DNA from: the human T2T-CHM13v2.0 reference genome, Homo sapiens
DNA: 64,000 nt
Assembly: GCF_009914755.1 (NCBI RefSeq)
Contig: NC_060929.1
Direction: 5' to 3' (one strand)
The notes under the pieces: model-generated
What the model was told of the DNA's origin: nothing
The model's input: the letters and a program-made list of their open reading frames with translations, nothing else
Database searches by the model: none
Made by a program: the position numbers and the translations under genes
Shown: piece by piece, positions 38,360 to 50,106 of the stretch
Position numbering within the stretch: the first letter of the stretch is position 1
Layout: every line of letters starts with the position of its first letter

Positions 38360-39679
38360 GTTGTTGTTGTTTTAAAGTTGCTTAGGATACATTTTGTTTG
38401 ATCTTTTTTGTTTGTATATCTGTTTGTTTTGTGCTGTTTGTTATGTTACCTTTGATTATTAGACTTGGAACATAATCTGGGAGTTATGTGTGCTCAATTT
38501 CTATAGATCCTGGAGTGAACTAAGAACAGAGTGGCAGACTTAATTTAGAAATCTCCTATTTTTTTGATACTTAAGTCAAATCCTTAGCTCTATTCTAACA
38601 CAGAGTTTTATATTTACAGATGCCCTCATTAACCCTTTTGCTGTCAAGACAGATACCTTCTGGTTCTATTAGTCCCCACCAGACTAAATTACTTGCATCA
38701 GGTCTCTATTACGCCTCCACTTGAGCTAGCACTGTGTAGCAAAACAACACTGGTAGGGAGTGAATGGTTATCAAGAGAAAGTTTACTTTCAGTGTTAAGA
38801 ATTAATTTAGCTGAATTGGTGCAGTGAAAGGGGTAAACACAATCCCCTCACTGTTGTTTGTCAGGGTGTGTTATATCACCCAGGATTGCTATGTCAATAA
38901 TCTGCCTGGCCTGCAAGCTAAAAATCTAAGATTGCTTGGATGACTGACAGGCTGGAGATAGCTGATAATTCTAAGGAATTGGAGGTGTAAAATCTTTAAG
39001 GACCACGTCTACAGTATAAATGCCAGGGTATCTCCACATCACTCTGTACTTACAAAGGCAACAGCATTGTTAATGGCAGCCTGTCTGTCCATCAAGTTTG
39101 CTACCAGCGGATTTATCCCTCTTTCACTCCTTATCTTTCTTTGCTGTGTTTATTTCGAAACCAGCTGCAGAATAAATTGCCTCTTGTCTTCACCTCCTAC
39201 ACTGAGTACAATGATATGTTCTGTAAAGCTTAAAATCATGGTGTTTTTCAAGCACTCCTTTTTTCAGAACACTGACTTCTAATTTTGTTTGTTTATGAAT
39301 ATGTATTATTTATCTTGTGGGGGCTTTTACAATACTAAAAATGACTCTTATTTACTTGGTGAATGCTCAGGATCTAGATAAAGATATGTGTGTGATATTT
39401 CACAGAGAAAAAATAAATAGAAGTAATTAATATAATCATTTTGTTATTGTTTTGAATAATTAATTAGATCTGATCTGTTTTAATCAAATAGTTAAAATTA
39501 AAAGGCAGCCAATTTCAGAGCAAATAGCACACTTCTATTAATTGACTTCAGGAATTTAGTGAAGTTTAAATATCTCTCCTTTATGCACATCTGCCCAGTT
39601 TCACTTTTCTAATTTATGACCAAAGGAAAGAAGACAATTGTAGCTCAGCAGACTTAAGGATCAAGATTAGAGTTTATGA

Positions 39680-40345
39680 AAAATGTCCAAGTTCTGCAGC
39701 AACCCAAACCCTCCCACACTGCTAGCAGGTGTACAATTTGAGACAACCACTTTGGAAAACCCGTGGCTAAACCTACTAAAGATGATTATACACAAACTTT
39801 ATGAACCAACAACTCCTCTCCCAAAGATACACAGGTATGCATTCTCCAAAAGACATAAAAGAACCTAAACAACTAGTTGTAAAAGGCAAGAAAAGTGCCC
39901 ATAAAATACGAACAACTGCATGTATGCATACTATTTTTAATATAGATAAAATAAAACAACTAAGCATTGATCAACACTAGAATGGATAAATTGTATTATA
40001 CATTCATCCAATGGAGTACCATATCACAATGAAAATGAAGAAATTGCAGCTATACATGTTACATAGACGAATCTCACAAACATAATGTTGAGCCAAAGAA
40101 GCCAAACATATACATTGAATGATTCTGTTTACATAAAATTCAGACCCATATCTACCTAATCAGAACAGAGGTGATTCTTGGGGTGATTTGGGCATGAAGA
40201 GAGCCCTGGGATTCTGGCACTGCTTTATGTCTTCATATGGGTGCCAGTCACATGTTGGGTTTGTTTATTTGCTGGGTTAATCAATATGTGCACTTATTAT
40301 TTGTGAACTTTTCTGCATCTATGTTAGCACTTCAAAAAAAAAAAA
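39680..40345 (+). mobile_element. L1ME (ME3-like) 3' end
   Basis: acaaccactttggaaaac ... gaatctcacaaacataatgttgagccaaagaagcca ... ttttctgcatctatgttagcacttc + poly-A. Confidence 0.85.
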
Positions 40346-40499
40346 CCTTTAACATTAGAAAAGCATCCAAGTTTTCAGGCAGTGCTTGCAACTACATACT
40401 AAATTATAATTCTTTCTAGATGATATTTATTGGTTATTTGCAGAGGGAGATGAAAGTAAGAAAAAAGAGAGCAACAGATAATCTGGGAAAGGTGTACAT

Positions 40500-40660
40500 A
40501 CGCCAGATTGATCTGAGTAATAAAGAGTTCTCTGAAGATTAATCCATGCATTTTTAACACGGACACACGCATATACTTGTGTATATATATTTAAATGAGC
40601 ATTGTGGCTTCCTATATTGGTGAGTAATGAAGGCAAATATTTGTCAATCATTTTGTAGCA
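40500..40660. promoter_or_regulatory. Candidate enhancer motif cluster (CArG, PBX-MEIS/PREP-like, FOX, TAATCC)
   Basis: CCTATATTGG at 40611-40620; TTGTCAATCA at 40641-40650; gcaaatatttg; taatcc at 40540; gtaataaa at 40517. Confidence 0.3.
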
Positions 40661-40749
40661 TAAAAAGTTCCTGAATTATGCTAAGTATTTGAACAGAAAT
40701 ATTCATTTTTGTTTGGACTGGATGTGAATGCAATATCAGAAATACCATT

Positions 40750-40860
40750 TATTCATTCACAAAATATGTGGAGCACATACACATCTGAGTTGAGCATTGT
40801 GCTTGGGCCAAGGATGTGGAAGTAAGAGGCAGAGTCCTTGCCTTTATGTGGAACACAATG
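40750..40860 (-). mobile_element. L2 3' end fragment
   Basis: attcattcacaaaatatgtggagcac ... agcattgtgcttggg ... cagagtccttgcct. Confidence 0.65.
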
Positions 40861-42809
40861 ACCGCGTTTTCTCCAAAAGACCTATGAACTGCTTAACACC
40901 AATCAATATTTTAAATGTCATCTCGGTAGGTTCTATTGCTTACAGCACCTGACTCAAAAAGTTGGCCAATGGTTTATTTCCATTTCTAAAACATAACCCT
41001 CAGGAGGCAATATTTGGCTATGATATATTTTAAATTGACTTTCTTCCTCTCTCTTGAGCTCCCTCCTCTCCCATTACTTTCTCCCTTTCTTGCCTTTTTC
41101 TCTTCAACCATTAAAAAATATCAAAGAATATATTTGCTAATTTTAATTCATTTTATACCTGTGACAGTAATTAAACAAGGAAATTCATTACTATCATTAC
41201 CATTATACTTTTACCATTACCGTTGCTTTGATATAAAATAAATGAATAGTTAGAATAGAAATCTATTATGAAAATTATCTTTTATGTGAAAAAAAGATTT
41301 TATTCCTCACAATTATGTTATGTTAAATTGTCAGGGTAACTGAAAGGTGAAGTTTCTAGAGTCTAAAATTTGATTTAATTTCAATTTAATATTTTGTTAT
41401 AAAAACAAACTGGTACCATTTTAAATCTCTGTTGTTTTGAATATTTCAGTAACTATTTTTTAATGTGGAAATGTTTTAAGAGTATTAATTTTTTATATTT
41501 TCTCTTGAGCAAACTTCCTTTTTGGTTGAGCTATATTTATAACAATGTAAAGTTAAATTTCCCTATAGCTCTTTCTAGCATTGTCAACTAATTCTACCTA
41601 ACCATTGAACAAGCAATAATTATTTAATATATACTAATGTTTTAAATAATGTCTGACTGCATCTCATCAATGTCAATCTTTTTAAAATCTTGAATGTTTG
41701 GTCTTTGTAACTTTAAACATCCAAATGCTAAGAAGGTAAAAATTTTAATTTGCATCCATATATCTGTAGTAATATAATCAGAGAAGGTTTGAAGCAAGCC
41801 TTTTACTCATAAAAATTTACTCTCTTTTCTCTGAATTACTTCACAAATCATATTGTAGCAGAACTGGTCAATAGACTAACCACTATGAAGACAATAGTTT
41901 TTATTCTCCCCAGGGCTTTTAGCAAATTTCAGAGTCTCTTGCAAATCTGTCTTCACCATGGGTATGATAATAGCAAATAATTTCAAAGCATTAGTCCAAG
42001 AAGAGACACCAGTTGATCGTAGGAAGTGTTCTAATTAAAACCAGTTTGGTAGCTCTTATGTTCTTACGAATACTAGCAGGTAATAATGACTAGTAAGGAT
42101 TAACAAAGGATGTGGAGGGGCATTCTAGATAAGAGAACACAATATACAAATGCATGGAAATGAGAAATGGGTCCAAGGAACTATGATTAGGCCAATTTGG
42201 CAAACAAGCAGAGCTTACTTAAGGGACAGTGAGAGACAAGGACAGGTTAAGGAGCTACATAATGCTAGAATAAATAAATTTGGTCAATGCTGAAAATATT
42301 TCAGCATAAATATGACTTTTAAGAAATGGTATTTTCAGATGTTCTTCTAAAGACATTCAACAAGAACTAGCATGGGAAGACTTGAGTAGAAGGAAGATTC
42401 TTAAGTAGTTATTGCTATAGATAAGACTATAGGTGGCTGAGTGGCTCTGTATTAATTTAATGAAAGAATAGAGACAATATAAGACAGTATGAGTAAATGT
42501 AAGACTAAATCTTATTGACTTGTACATGCCAGGAACGTATTTTTTAATATTTCTTATAAGAACTTGACAAAGCAAACATACGCCATTGGATATAACACAT
42601 AAAATATTTCACAATACCTAAGAAATATTCAACCTTTTTATTTATATTCAAATTTTGCTACTATGCCATCCTTTTGGCTTATGACTCACAACATTTTAAC
42701 CACATATAACTACTTCATATAATTTTATAAATAAATCCTCACTATAATAGACACTATAACAGTAATCCACAAACAAAAAGAGCTGAATCTGCAATATAAG
42801 AGATAACAT

Positions 42810-42960
42810 TGCAGTTCCCTTGAGTAAGTTTACCTCTTTAAGCCTAATTTCTTCAACTGTAAATTGGAGACAATAGTGGTATTTATCTATAGGATTGTAT
42901 CAAATATTTATAACTATGCAGCTATGAAAGTCAATTGCATTTTCAACACAGTGCTTGGCA
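42810..42960 (+). mobile_element. MIR
   Basis: ccttgagtaagtttacctctttaagcctaatttcttcaactgtaaattgg ... aacacagtgcttggca. Confidence 0.75.
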
Positions 42961-42974
42961 ATCTCCTTTGTCAG

Positions 42975-43628
42975 ACCACTATCTTCCACTTAATAGGAGC
43001 TGATAATTTTGCCAATTGTTTCACTACTACAAAACATGGGCCATCATCTTTCTACCTTCCAACAGTAGTTTACTCCACTGATTTTACCACCTCCAATAAC
43101 AATCTCCTTTTTCCTTTCCAGCCTTTATTCCCACCTCATTCCAAGGCCGATACTACATGATTTAGATTTTTTAAGAGGGCACTCATTTATGGTACACATT
43201 TCTGTATCAGTTTTTTATTGCCAAGTAACAAATCATTTCAAAACTTAATGACTTAATGCACCATGAATTTATTATTTCTCACAGTTCTGTAGATTAAATT
43301 CTGCTAATCTTGTCTGGGCTCATTCATGTAGCTACTTTCAAATGATGGATTGGATGAGGACTCAGCTAGGGTGGCTGGGCCTCAATCTCTCTGGGGTCTT
43401 TCATCCTTAGGGAGGCTAGGCAAGACTTCTTCACCTTGTGATAACAGCGGCATTTCAAGCTGGCAAGGTCCAATGTCCCAGTGCTTATGAAGTCTCTGTT
43501 TTCATCCTGTATGCTGATGTCATATTGTTCAAATAAGTTACACTATCAAAGCTAGAGTCACTGTTAGAAGGGACTAGAAAAGACAGTGATATAATTCACT
43601 AGAGGACATTACTGTAGCAAAATACTAT
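42975..43628 (-). mobile_element. MLT1H-like LTR (43203-43628) with adjacent internal fragment
   Basis: Junction ggtacacatttc|tgtatcagttttttattgccaagtaacaaatc; ctgggctcattcatgtagct. Confidence 0.75.
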
Positions 43629-43668
43629 GATGACCTTTTGTGTGGATTAAATCAATGCACAGAAAGTT

Positions 43669-44232
43669 ATTTTTTTATTATTATTATACTTTAAGTTTTA
43701 GGGTACATGTGCACAATGTGCAGGTTAGTTACATATGTATACATGTGCCATGCTGGTGTGCTGCACCCATTAACTCGTCATTTAGCATTAGGTATATCTC
43801 CTAATGCTATCCCTCCCCCGACCCCACAACAGTCCCCAGAGTGTGATGTTCCCCTTCCTGTGTCCATGTGTTCTCATTGTTCAATTCCCATCTATGGGTG
43901 AGAACATGCGGTGTTTGGTTTTTTGTCCTTGTGATAGTTTACTGAGAATGATGATTTCCAATTTCATCCATGTCCCTACAAAGGATATGAACTCATCATT
44001 TTATGGCTGTATAGTATTCCATGGTGTATATGTGCCACATTTTCTTAATCCAGTCTATCATTGTTGGACATTTGGGTTGGTTCCAAGTCTTTGCTTTTGT
44101 GAATAGTGCCGCAATAAACATACGTGTGCATGTGTCTTTATAGCAGCATGATTTATAGTCCTTTGGGTATATACCCAGTAATGGGATGACTGGGTCAAAT
44201 GGTATTTCTAGTTCTAGATCCCTGAAGAATTG
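43669..44232 (-). mobile_element. 5'-truncated young L1 (L1PA2-like) inserted in a MIR tail
   Basis: Very close to the L1PA 3' end; perfect 16-bp TSD caatgcacagaaagtt at 43653-43668 and 44233-44248; ORF 43996-44256 is the ORF2p C-terminus (…WIKKMWHIYTMEYY). Confidence 0.96.
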
Positions 44233-46719
44233 CAATGCACAGAAAGTTCTTAGCATATGCCTAGTACATAATATGCAGTCAGTAAATGTTAGCTACTATT
44301 TAAAAATTAGTAATGGCATTCATGATTATATATTTATAAAACTGTCAGTCTTACTGAGAAACTATTTTGCTTACTATAAACTGGTTTTTAACAATGTTCC
44401 TGTGAACTGCTTCTGTTCTTACCCAACACCTATCTTGACTCAAGATTTGCACTTGGATACAGCTCCTAAAGCAATTCTAGTTTCAAAATATCTCAATAAA
44501 AATAATATCTTACTGAATGTTCCCTAATGCAATGGACAAGAGAATTTATATTATACACCACACAACAGAAACTTAATTAAATTCCATGTTATAATATCTG
44601 ATTTTCCCCCAATCAGCCTCCAAAATCCCTTCTCTTGCCTAAACAATTAACATCTCATTCTCACCAAGTATCTATTACTTGGGTAATGGAAAGTCTGGTA
44701 GCCTTAATTAAAATAATCTTCCTGTCTTCTTAGATATGCCCAACCCCATCCCTCCAACCTAATCTAGAAGAACAGAGAAAATCTCAAGAGTTTCAAGTCA
44801 CACATATTCTTTAAAATAAAGAAAATCAAATTGAAACAAAGAAATATTAAGGATTAAGCTGTTTAATATACTACTGATTAGGAGTTAAGAATATAGAGAA
44901 GGACAAGATAATTTCACTGAAATTATTTTCATGTCTGACTTTTTTAACTGACCATTAACAAAGCACTAAGATCAATGGGGCAACACACGTGTTCAAAGTG
45001 CTTCAAGAGCACAAAGTAGGAAGCCCCTGTGAATGTCAGTAACATGGACTCTTACTCCAAAAAGAATAGTCTCGGCAGCATGCATTGGTCATGTCATGCA
45101 CCATGCTTTTTTGAAACTCTCTACTTATTAGAGTGTTTTCTTTTGTGTTTCTCACTCCCACTCTCTGGAACTTGAACTGATTGCCTCTGCTGCGTACTAA
45201 CTGTAGACCTTCCCACTGGTCCCCTGACACAGAATCAAGCTCACAGTTTCCACACTCACACCTGCTATTACCCTCTCCTTCAAATACACCATTTATCTTG
45301 ACAGTAAGTAAACTTATCTCGGGAAGTATTCCTTGTGGAACTGTAGTTTGTCTTTTGGATTATCTGAAAGATCAAATTTTAACTTCTCCTTTGATACCAA
45401 ACATTGGTCTTTTCCTTCCTTGAGCAAGCCTTAAAATGTACCTTTCCATTTCAGGTAGAAAACACATGAGAGTGATGATAGTAAGTAGCATTTAAGTTTA
45501 CACATGTAGGAGATGCTTTGAAAATCCTTATTTTTTCATATCAGTCTGATATAAAGAATTACATTGTTCAAAAAATGCTATAAAAATGGTCTCTGTGCTT
45601 CTGAGTGAGAAAGACATTGGCTGTTGGAATAAATCCTCTGTCAATCTCCTTTTCAAGGAAAAATAACAACAAAGACTTCAGAAAGCTATACCAGCTGAGC
45701 AAGTGTTTTTGTGAAACATTATGACTTCAGACAAAATAGTAATCATCAGCTTGAAGAAGGAAAGTTTTTGTATAAGTGCATATATATATAGCTGCTTTCC
45801 AGATATAAGATGGTTTGAAGGGATACAAAGAAGCTATTAACAAGATTGTTGTTTGCTGAAGATATTCAATAACTAGATTGTCTGTAGCAAGATTATCTTG
45901 TGAAAAAGATAAACCTCACATTTGGACCATGATGGAAAGGCATGGCAGAGTAATAAACTATAGAGGCAAGGGTGTGAACAATTTGGTGTAGGAGGTCAAA
46001 ATAGTCTAGCATATTTATCTGTACTCATAACTTTGCATTTCTGTGTGCTTTTTGTATTGCTTAAAATCACACAATTTATTTTTGAGTTGTAATTAAGACA
46101 TTTACTTACAGACTTCAGACTTATTTATGTATTTATTTAGTGAAAATAATTCTTTCCTTCCCTCCCAGTTTCCAGGTAAAAGTTAAATGATATATACTCC
46201 TGATCGCATATTGTGAAATATGGAATCTCTATGCAATTTTTACATATATTCCAAAAGGAGTTTTACACATAAGGAAAAAATTAGTACTCATTGAAGTAAT
46301 GCGGGAGATGGACAAATCATCAGATTTCCATGAAAAGTTTACAATGGAGCTAAAGGATTGGTCCATTACATGTCAGAAGTGGTTATAACGATATATGGTG
46401 TATACCAAACAGTTTGAGAAAAAAATGCCATTAAATGTAAATTTTTTAATAATGTTGATTAGTTTTAGAATTCAGTGACTATCACATGTAAATTTAAAAA
46501 ATGTTAGAAAAGAAAGTATAATTAAATAATTAAAAATCACCTAGCAATATCTGTTAACATTTTAAAATATTTCTTCCAAGAATTTTTTTATGTGGAGGAA
46601 TATGCCATTATAATGTTTAATTGGGATTATACTGTAACTATGTACCTAATAATGTATCTAGCTTTTATCACTTAACATAATTTTAAATGTATTTTATGAG
46701 TATGTTTTCCTTATTTGTT

Positions 46720-47305
46720 TAATTTACCCCAGTTTTATGCCACCAGGCTGCAAATATTTTCCAAAATTTCCTTTCCTATAAGGTTCTGGGTTCATACTGG
46801 CTACCAAAGACATTTGCATAAATGCGAGAGGCAGAAATGAAGTAGCAGCCATATTTTTATGCTCAGTAGATTAGTATAGAGTGTCATCCATTGCATCATC
46901 TCACACTTGTCACTGATCTGTAGTCTCACTTGGTTGACATGGGCCCCATCAGAAAGCCTCCTTACAGCTTTTTAAAGTCCTGAACCAAGTGAGTGTGCAG
47001 GTTTGTGGTAAAGAGCTGCAGGTTCACCGCATATCAACCCTGCAGCAGTTTAAGGCAGAGAGAGAATGATGTGGGTTCCAGTTAAGGTAGTAGGTCCCTT
47101 ATCATGAGTGTTTCATATCTAGTTTTCCTTTCTGACTGCTAATCTGGCTGATGGTTAATAGCTTCACTCTCAATACCAGACAACTGCATTGCAGAGATGC
47201 TTATTCCAATTTTCATAATTGTGTGAGGCCTAGTCTACATATAAAATCCCTTATTCTATATCATTAATATTGTTCTGCTTCTCTGATTGAACCTTGACTG
47301 AGGCA
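46720..47305 (+). mobile_element. Ancient ERVL LTR (LTR52/LTR41-like)
   Basis: Terminus aaatcccttattc ... gttctgcttctctgattgaaccttgactgaggca, followed directly by ERVL-like internal sequence. Confidence 0.65.
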
Positions 47306-48007
47306 GAAACAGCTAATGGAAGGGGTTCTAGATCAGTAGCCACTAGCCACTGTGGCTATTGAGCACTTGAAATATTATTAGTAAGGTTTGAGAATGGCTA
47401 TATCTATAAAATCCATGCCAGATTTCAAATACAGTAAGAAAAAAATGAAAATATCTCATTAATAGGCCATATATTGACTACATATTAAAATAATATTTTT
47501 GATATATTGGTTTAAGTAAATATTAATTTTGCTGATTTTTACATTGTTAATATGGCTACTAAATATTTTAACAATACATCAGTGGCTTGCATTTGTAGCT
47601 CACCTTGAATTTTTATTAGACGCTAATATTCAAGAGGAATAGAACCTTAGAAATGAGTTATTAGAATTGGCTCCAACATTTCTGGAATTGGTCTCTGGTC
47701 TGACTAGATTAAAGGTGTTAATGATCCTTTTTCCATTTGTGAAGGGAACTCTCATAGTCCGTGGGAAGCACTGGTAAATCAGATACTTAATTACCACCTG
47801 TAGATACCTATAATAAAGTACCTGTAGAAGGCAAAGCTTTGGGTGGCCAAAACTTTAGTTACTCATATAAAATATAATACAGAAAGTAAGGCATATGCTG
47901 ATGGTGGTTGGTTTCTTTTAAGTGCACCAGAGAACTTCAAGAAAGAAAATGTTAGAGAAAGAAATAACTTAGAGAAAGAAGTTCAGGGCTTACATTCCCA
48001 GTTCAAC
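47306..48007 (+). mobile_element. ERVL internal 5'/gag remnant interrupted by MER33
   Basis: gaggaatagaacctt...tttctggaattggtctctgg; ORF 47843-48037 GGWFLLSAPENFKKEN resembles ERVL gag GWLLL..LDK..KEN. Confidence 0.75.
47333..47627. mobile_element. MER33 (hAT-Charlie), one end truncated
   Basis: gtagccactagccactgtggctattgagcacttgaaat ... atatggctacta; possible 8-bp TSD gttctaga/attcaaga. Confidence 0.85.
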
Positions 48008-48415
48008 AATACTTTGCAGTATTGTTGGAATATGTAATCTCATTTTTGTATAATTCCTTACCTGAGCATGTCACTAAATTTCTTTTACCTGAACCTGAGA
48101 TATAACCAATATTTTTTAAGATTAGTTTCCTACATGTTCATTAACAGATACAAAACAACCCAGTTGATTTTATTCTATTGATTTTTTTGCCATTTTTATT
48201 GAGAGATTTATCATTATGTATCTGCAGTTGAGAAAATAGATATTTAGCTACAAATTAGATAAAGTAGGAAGTCTATACATTTGCTTGTTCAAGTTGTCTC
48301 AAAAGCAAAAGATATGTACATAAATGGTAATTTATGTGCAAATCTTTTAAATTTACTTGTTTTTGAGTAATATGCACATGAAGTTTCTTGCTATTGTGGC
48401 ATATAATCTTCCTGA

Positions 48416-48706
<291 letters not shown>

Positions 48707-50047
48707 ATATTCTAATTTATATACAGCTATATAGATGACTTCTGATTACAACTTTCATTTCCAATGGAAAAAATAAATAAATAGTTTAATGAAAGATTAG
48801 GGTCAATTATATTTTATTTTCCATAATAAAAATAGCTTTATTTCCTTGCTAAACTTTACAATAATGTGTTCATTATAAGTATTTTAAACAAGATATTAAA
48901 ATAGAAGGAGAAAGATCAGCCAAAGTCTTACTACAGAGAGATTATCACTATAAGCATATCTGTCAACATTATTCTGGTTTGATTTATAGTTTTATAAAAA
49001 ATAAGTCATATTGTGTTTTTCATTCAGATAAGTGGTAATAGGAAATTTTCTATGTTAAAAATAAGGGACCTTCTTATCTTAATGTTTGAAAAATCTTAAC
49101 CTACTAAACGATCTCCACATCACTGAATATTTAGACTTAAAGCTCTTCTTTTGTAGTGTGTGCTACTAGAAATTTACAGTCTATCCCTTGTTGCTGCCAT
49201 CTGCTGACACCTTGCTCCTTCTCTTTATTCTTTTTTAACATATTGTAACCCAGATCATTGGTCTGTACTCTACCCCAACACCACCCATTATCCAAAATGG
49301 TTTCAATGTGACGATACCTAAAATAGATTTTTCTCTCATTTCCAATGAGCTTGTTCACTCTCTTATCTACACACTCTTGTGATCAAGCCTTAGTTTGTTA
49401 CCCAACCAAATAAACAATTATCTAACAACTGCTTATTTCAGATCACTTGTTCACATTCTTCCCCAACAGCTATTCTTTTGACTTCCTTGGAACCCTGAGT
49501 GCAACAATCCTCAACTTTCTTCTTGTTTGTAAATACACATTTTTATTTTAAAATCGTATCCCAAACTTCATGATTTAAGTTTTTTTAAATTAATATCCTA
49601 AATTCTCGTGCTCATATGTTTGCACCATAACTATTTGGAGAAATCCCATTCCAGGAATAACCCAAAATATTTCCCATACTTCTGCTTTGAAGAAAATAAC
49701 ATCACTTGGAATACTGTTACTACACCCATAAATTCAGTTACCAAATTTTATAGGCCCTTCAACTCTGTTTCCCTAGTCAAAGAAAATACTTCAGATACTT
49801 ACTTTATCCACTGTTCTTCTCAGTGGACCTATTTCATAATAAAAAAATTAAAATATGCCTATTCTTAAAGTCTATGTCACAAATTTTTCCAATATTTGTT
49901 CCTGGAAAAAATAGTTATTCATCCACATATTATAACGCAATCTGTCAACTATGTTTTGGATCTCAAAACCTGCCCACTCTCTGTAATCTCACTTTCCCCC
50001 ACTGTTCATATGACACCAAGTTATTCCTCCAATTGTGTTATTTCCCA

Positions 50048-50106
50048 TGTTAAATATCTACAGTGTCTCTGTAAACTACCCCAAACTGAATAGTTTAAAA
50101 CAACAA
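50048..50106 (-). mobile_element. MLT1G/H-like LTR, left piece (continues at 61553)
   Basis: aaactaccccaaactgaatagtttaaaacaacaa resembles MLT1 aaccaccccaaaacttagtggcttaaaacaacaa. Confidence 0.6.

Noticed and set aside
38821-38854. Small hairpin cagtga-aagggg...cccc-tcactg
   Set aside because: Short bulged stem, expected by chance, no RNA family features.
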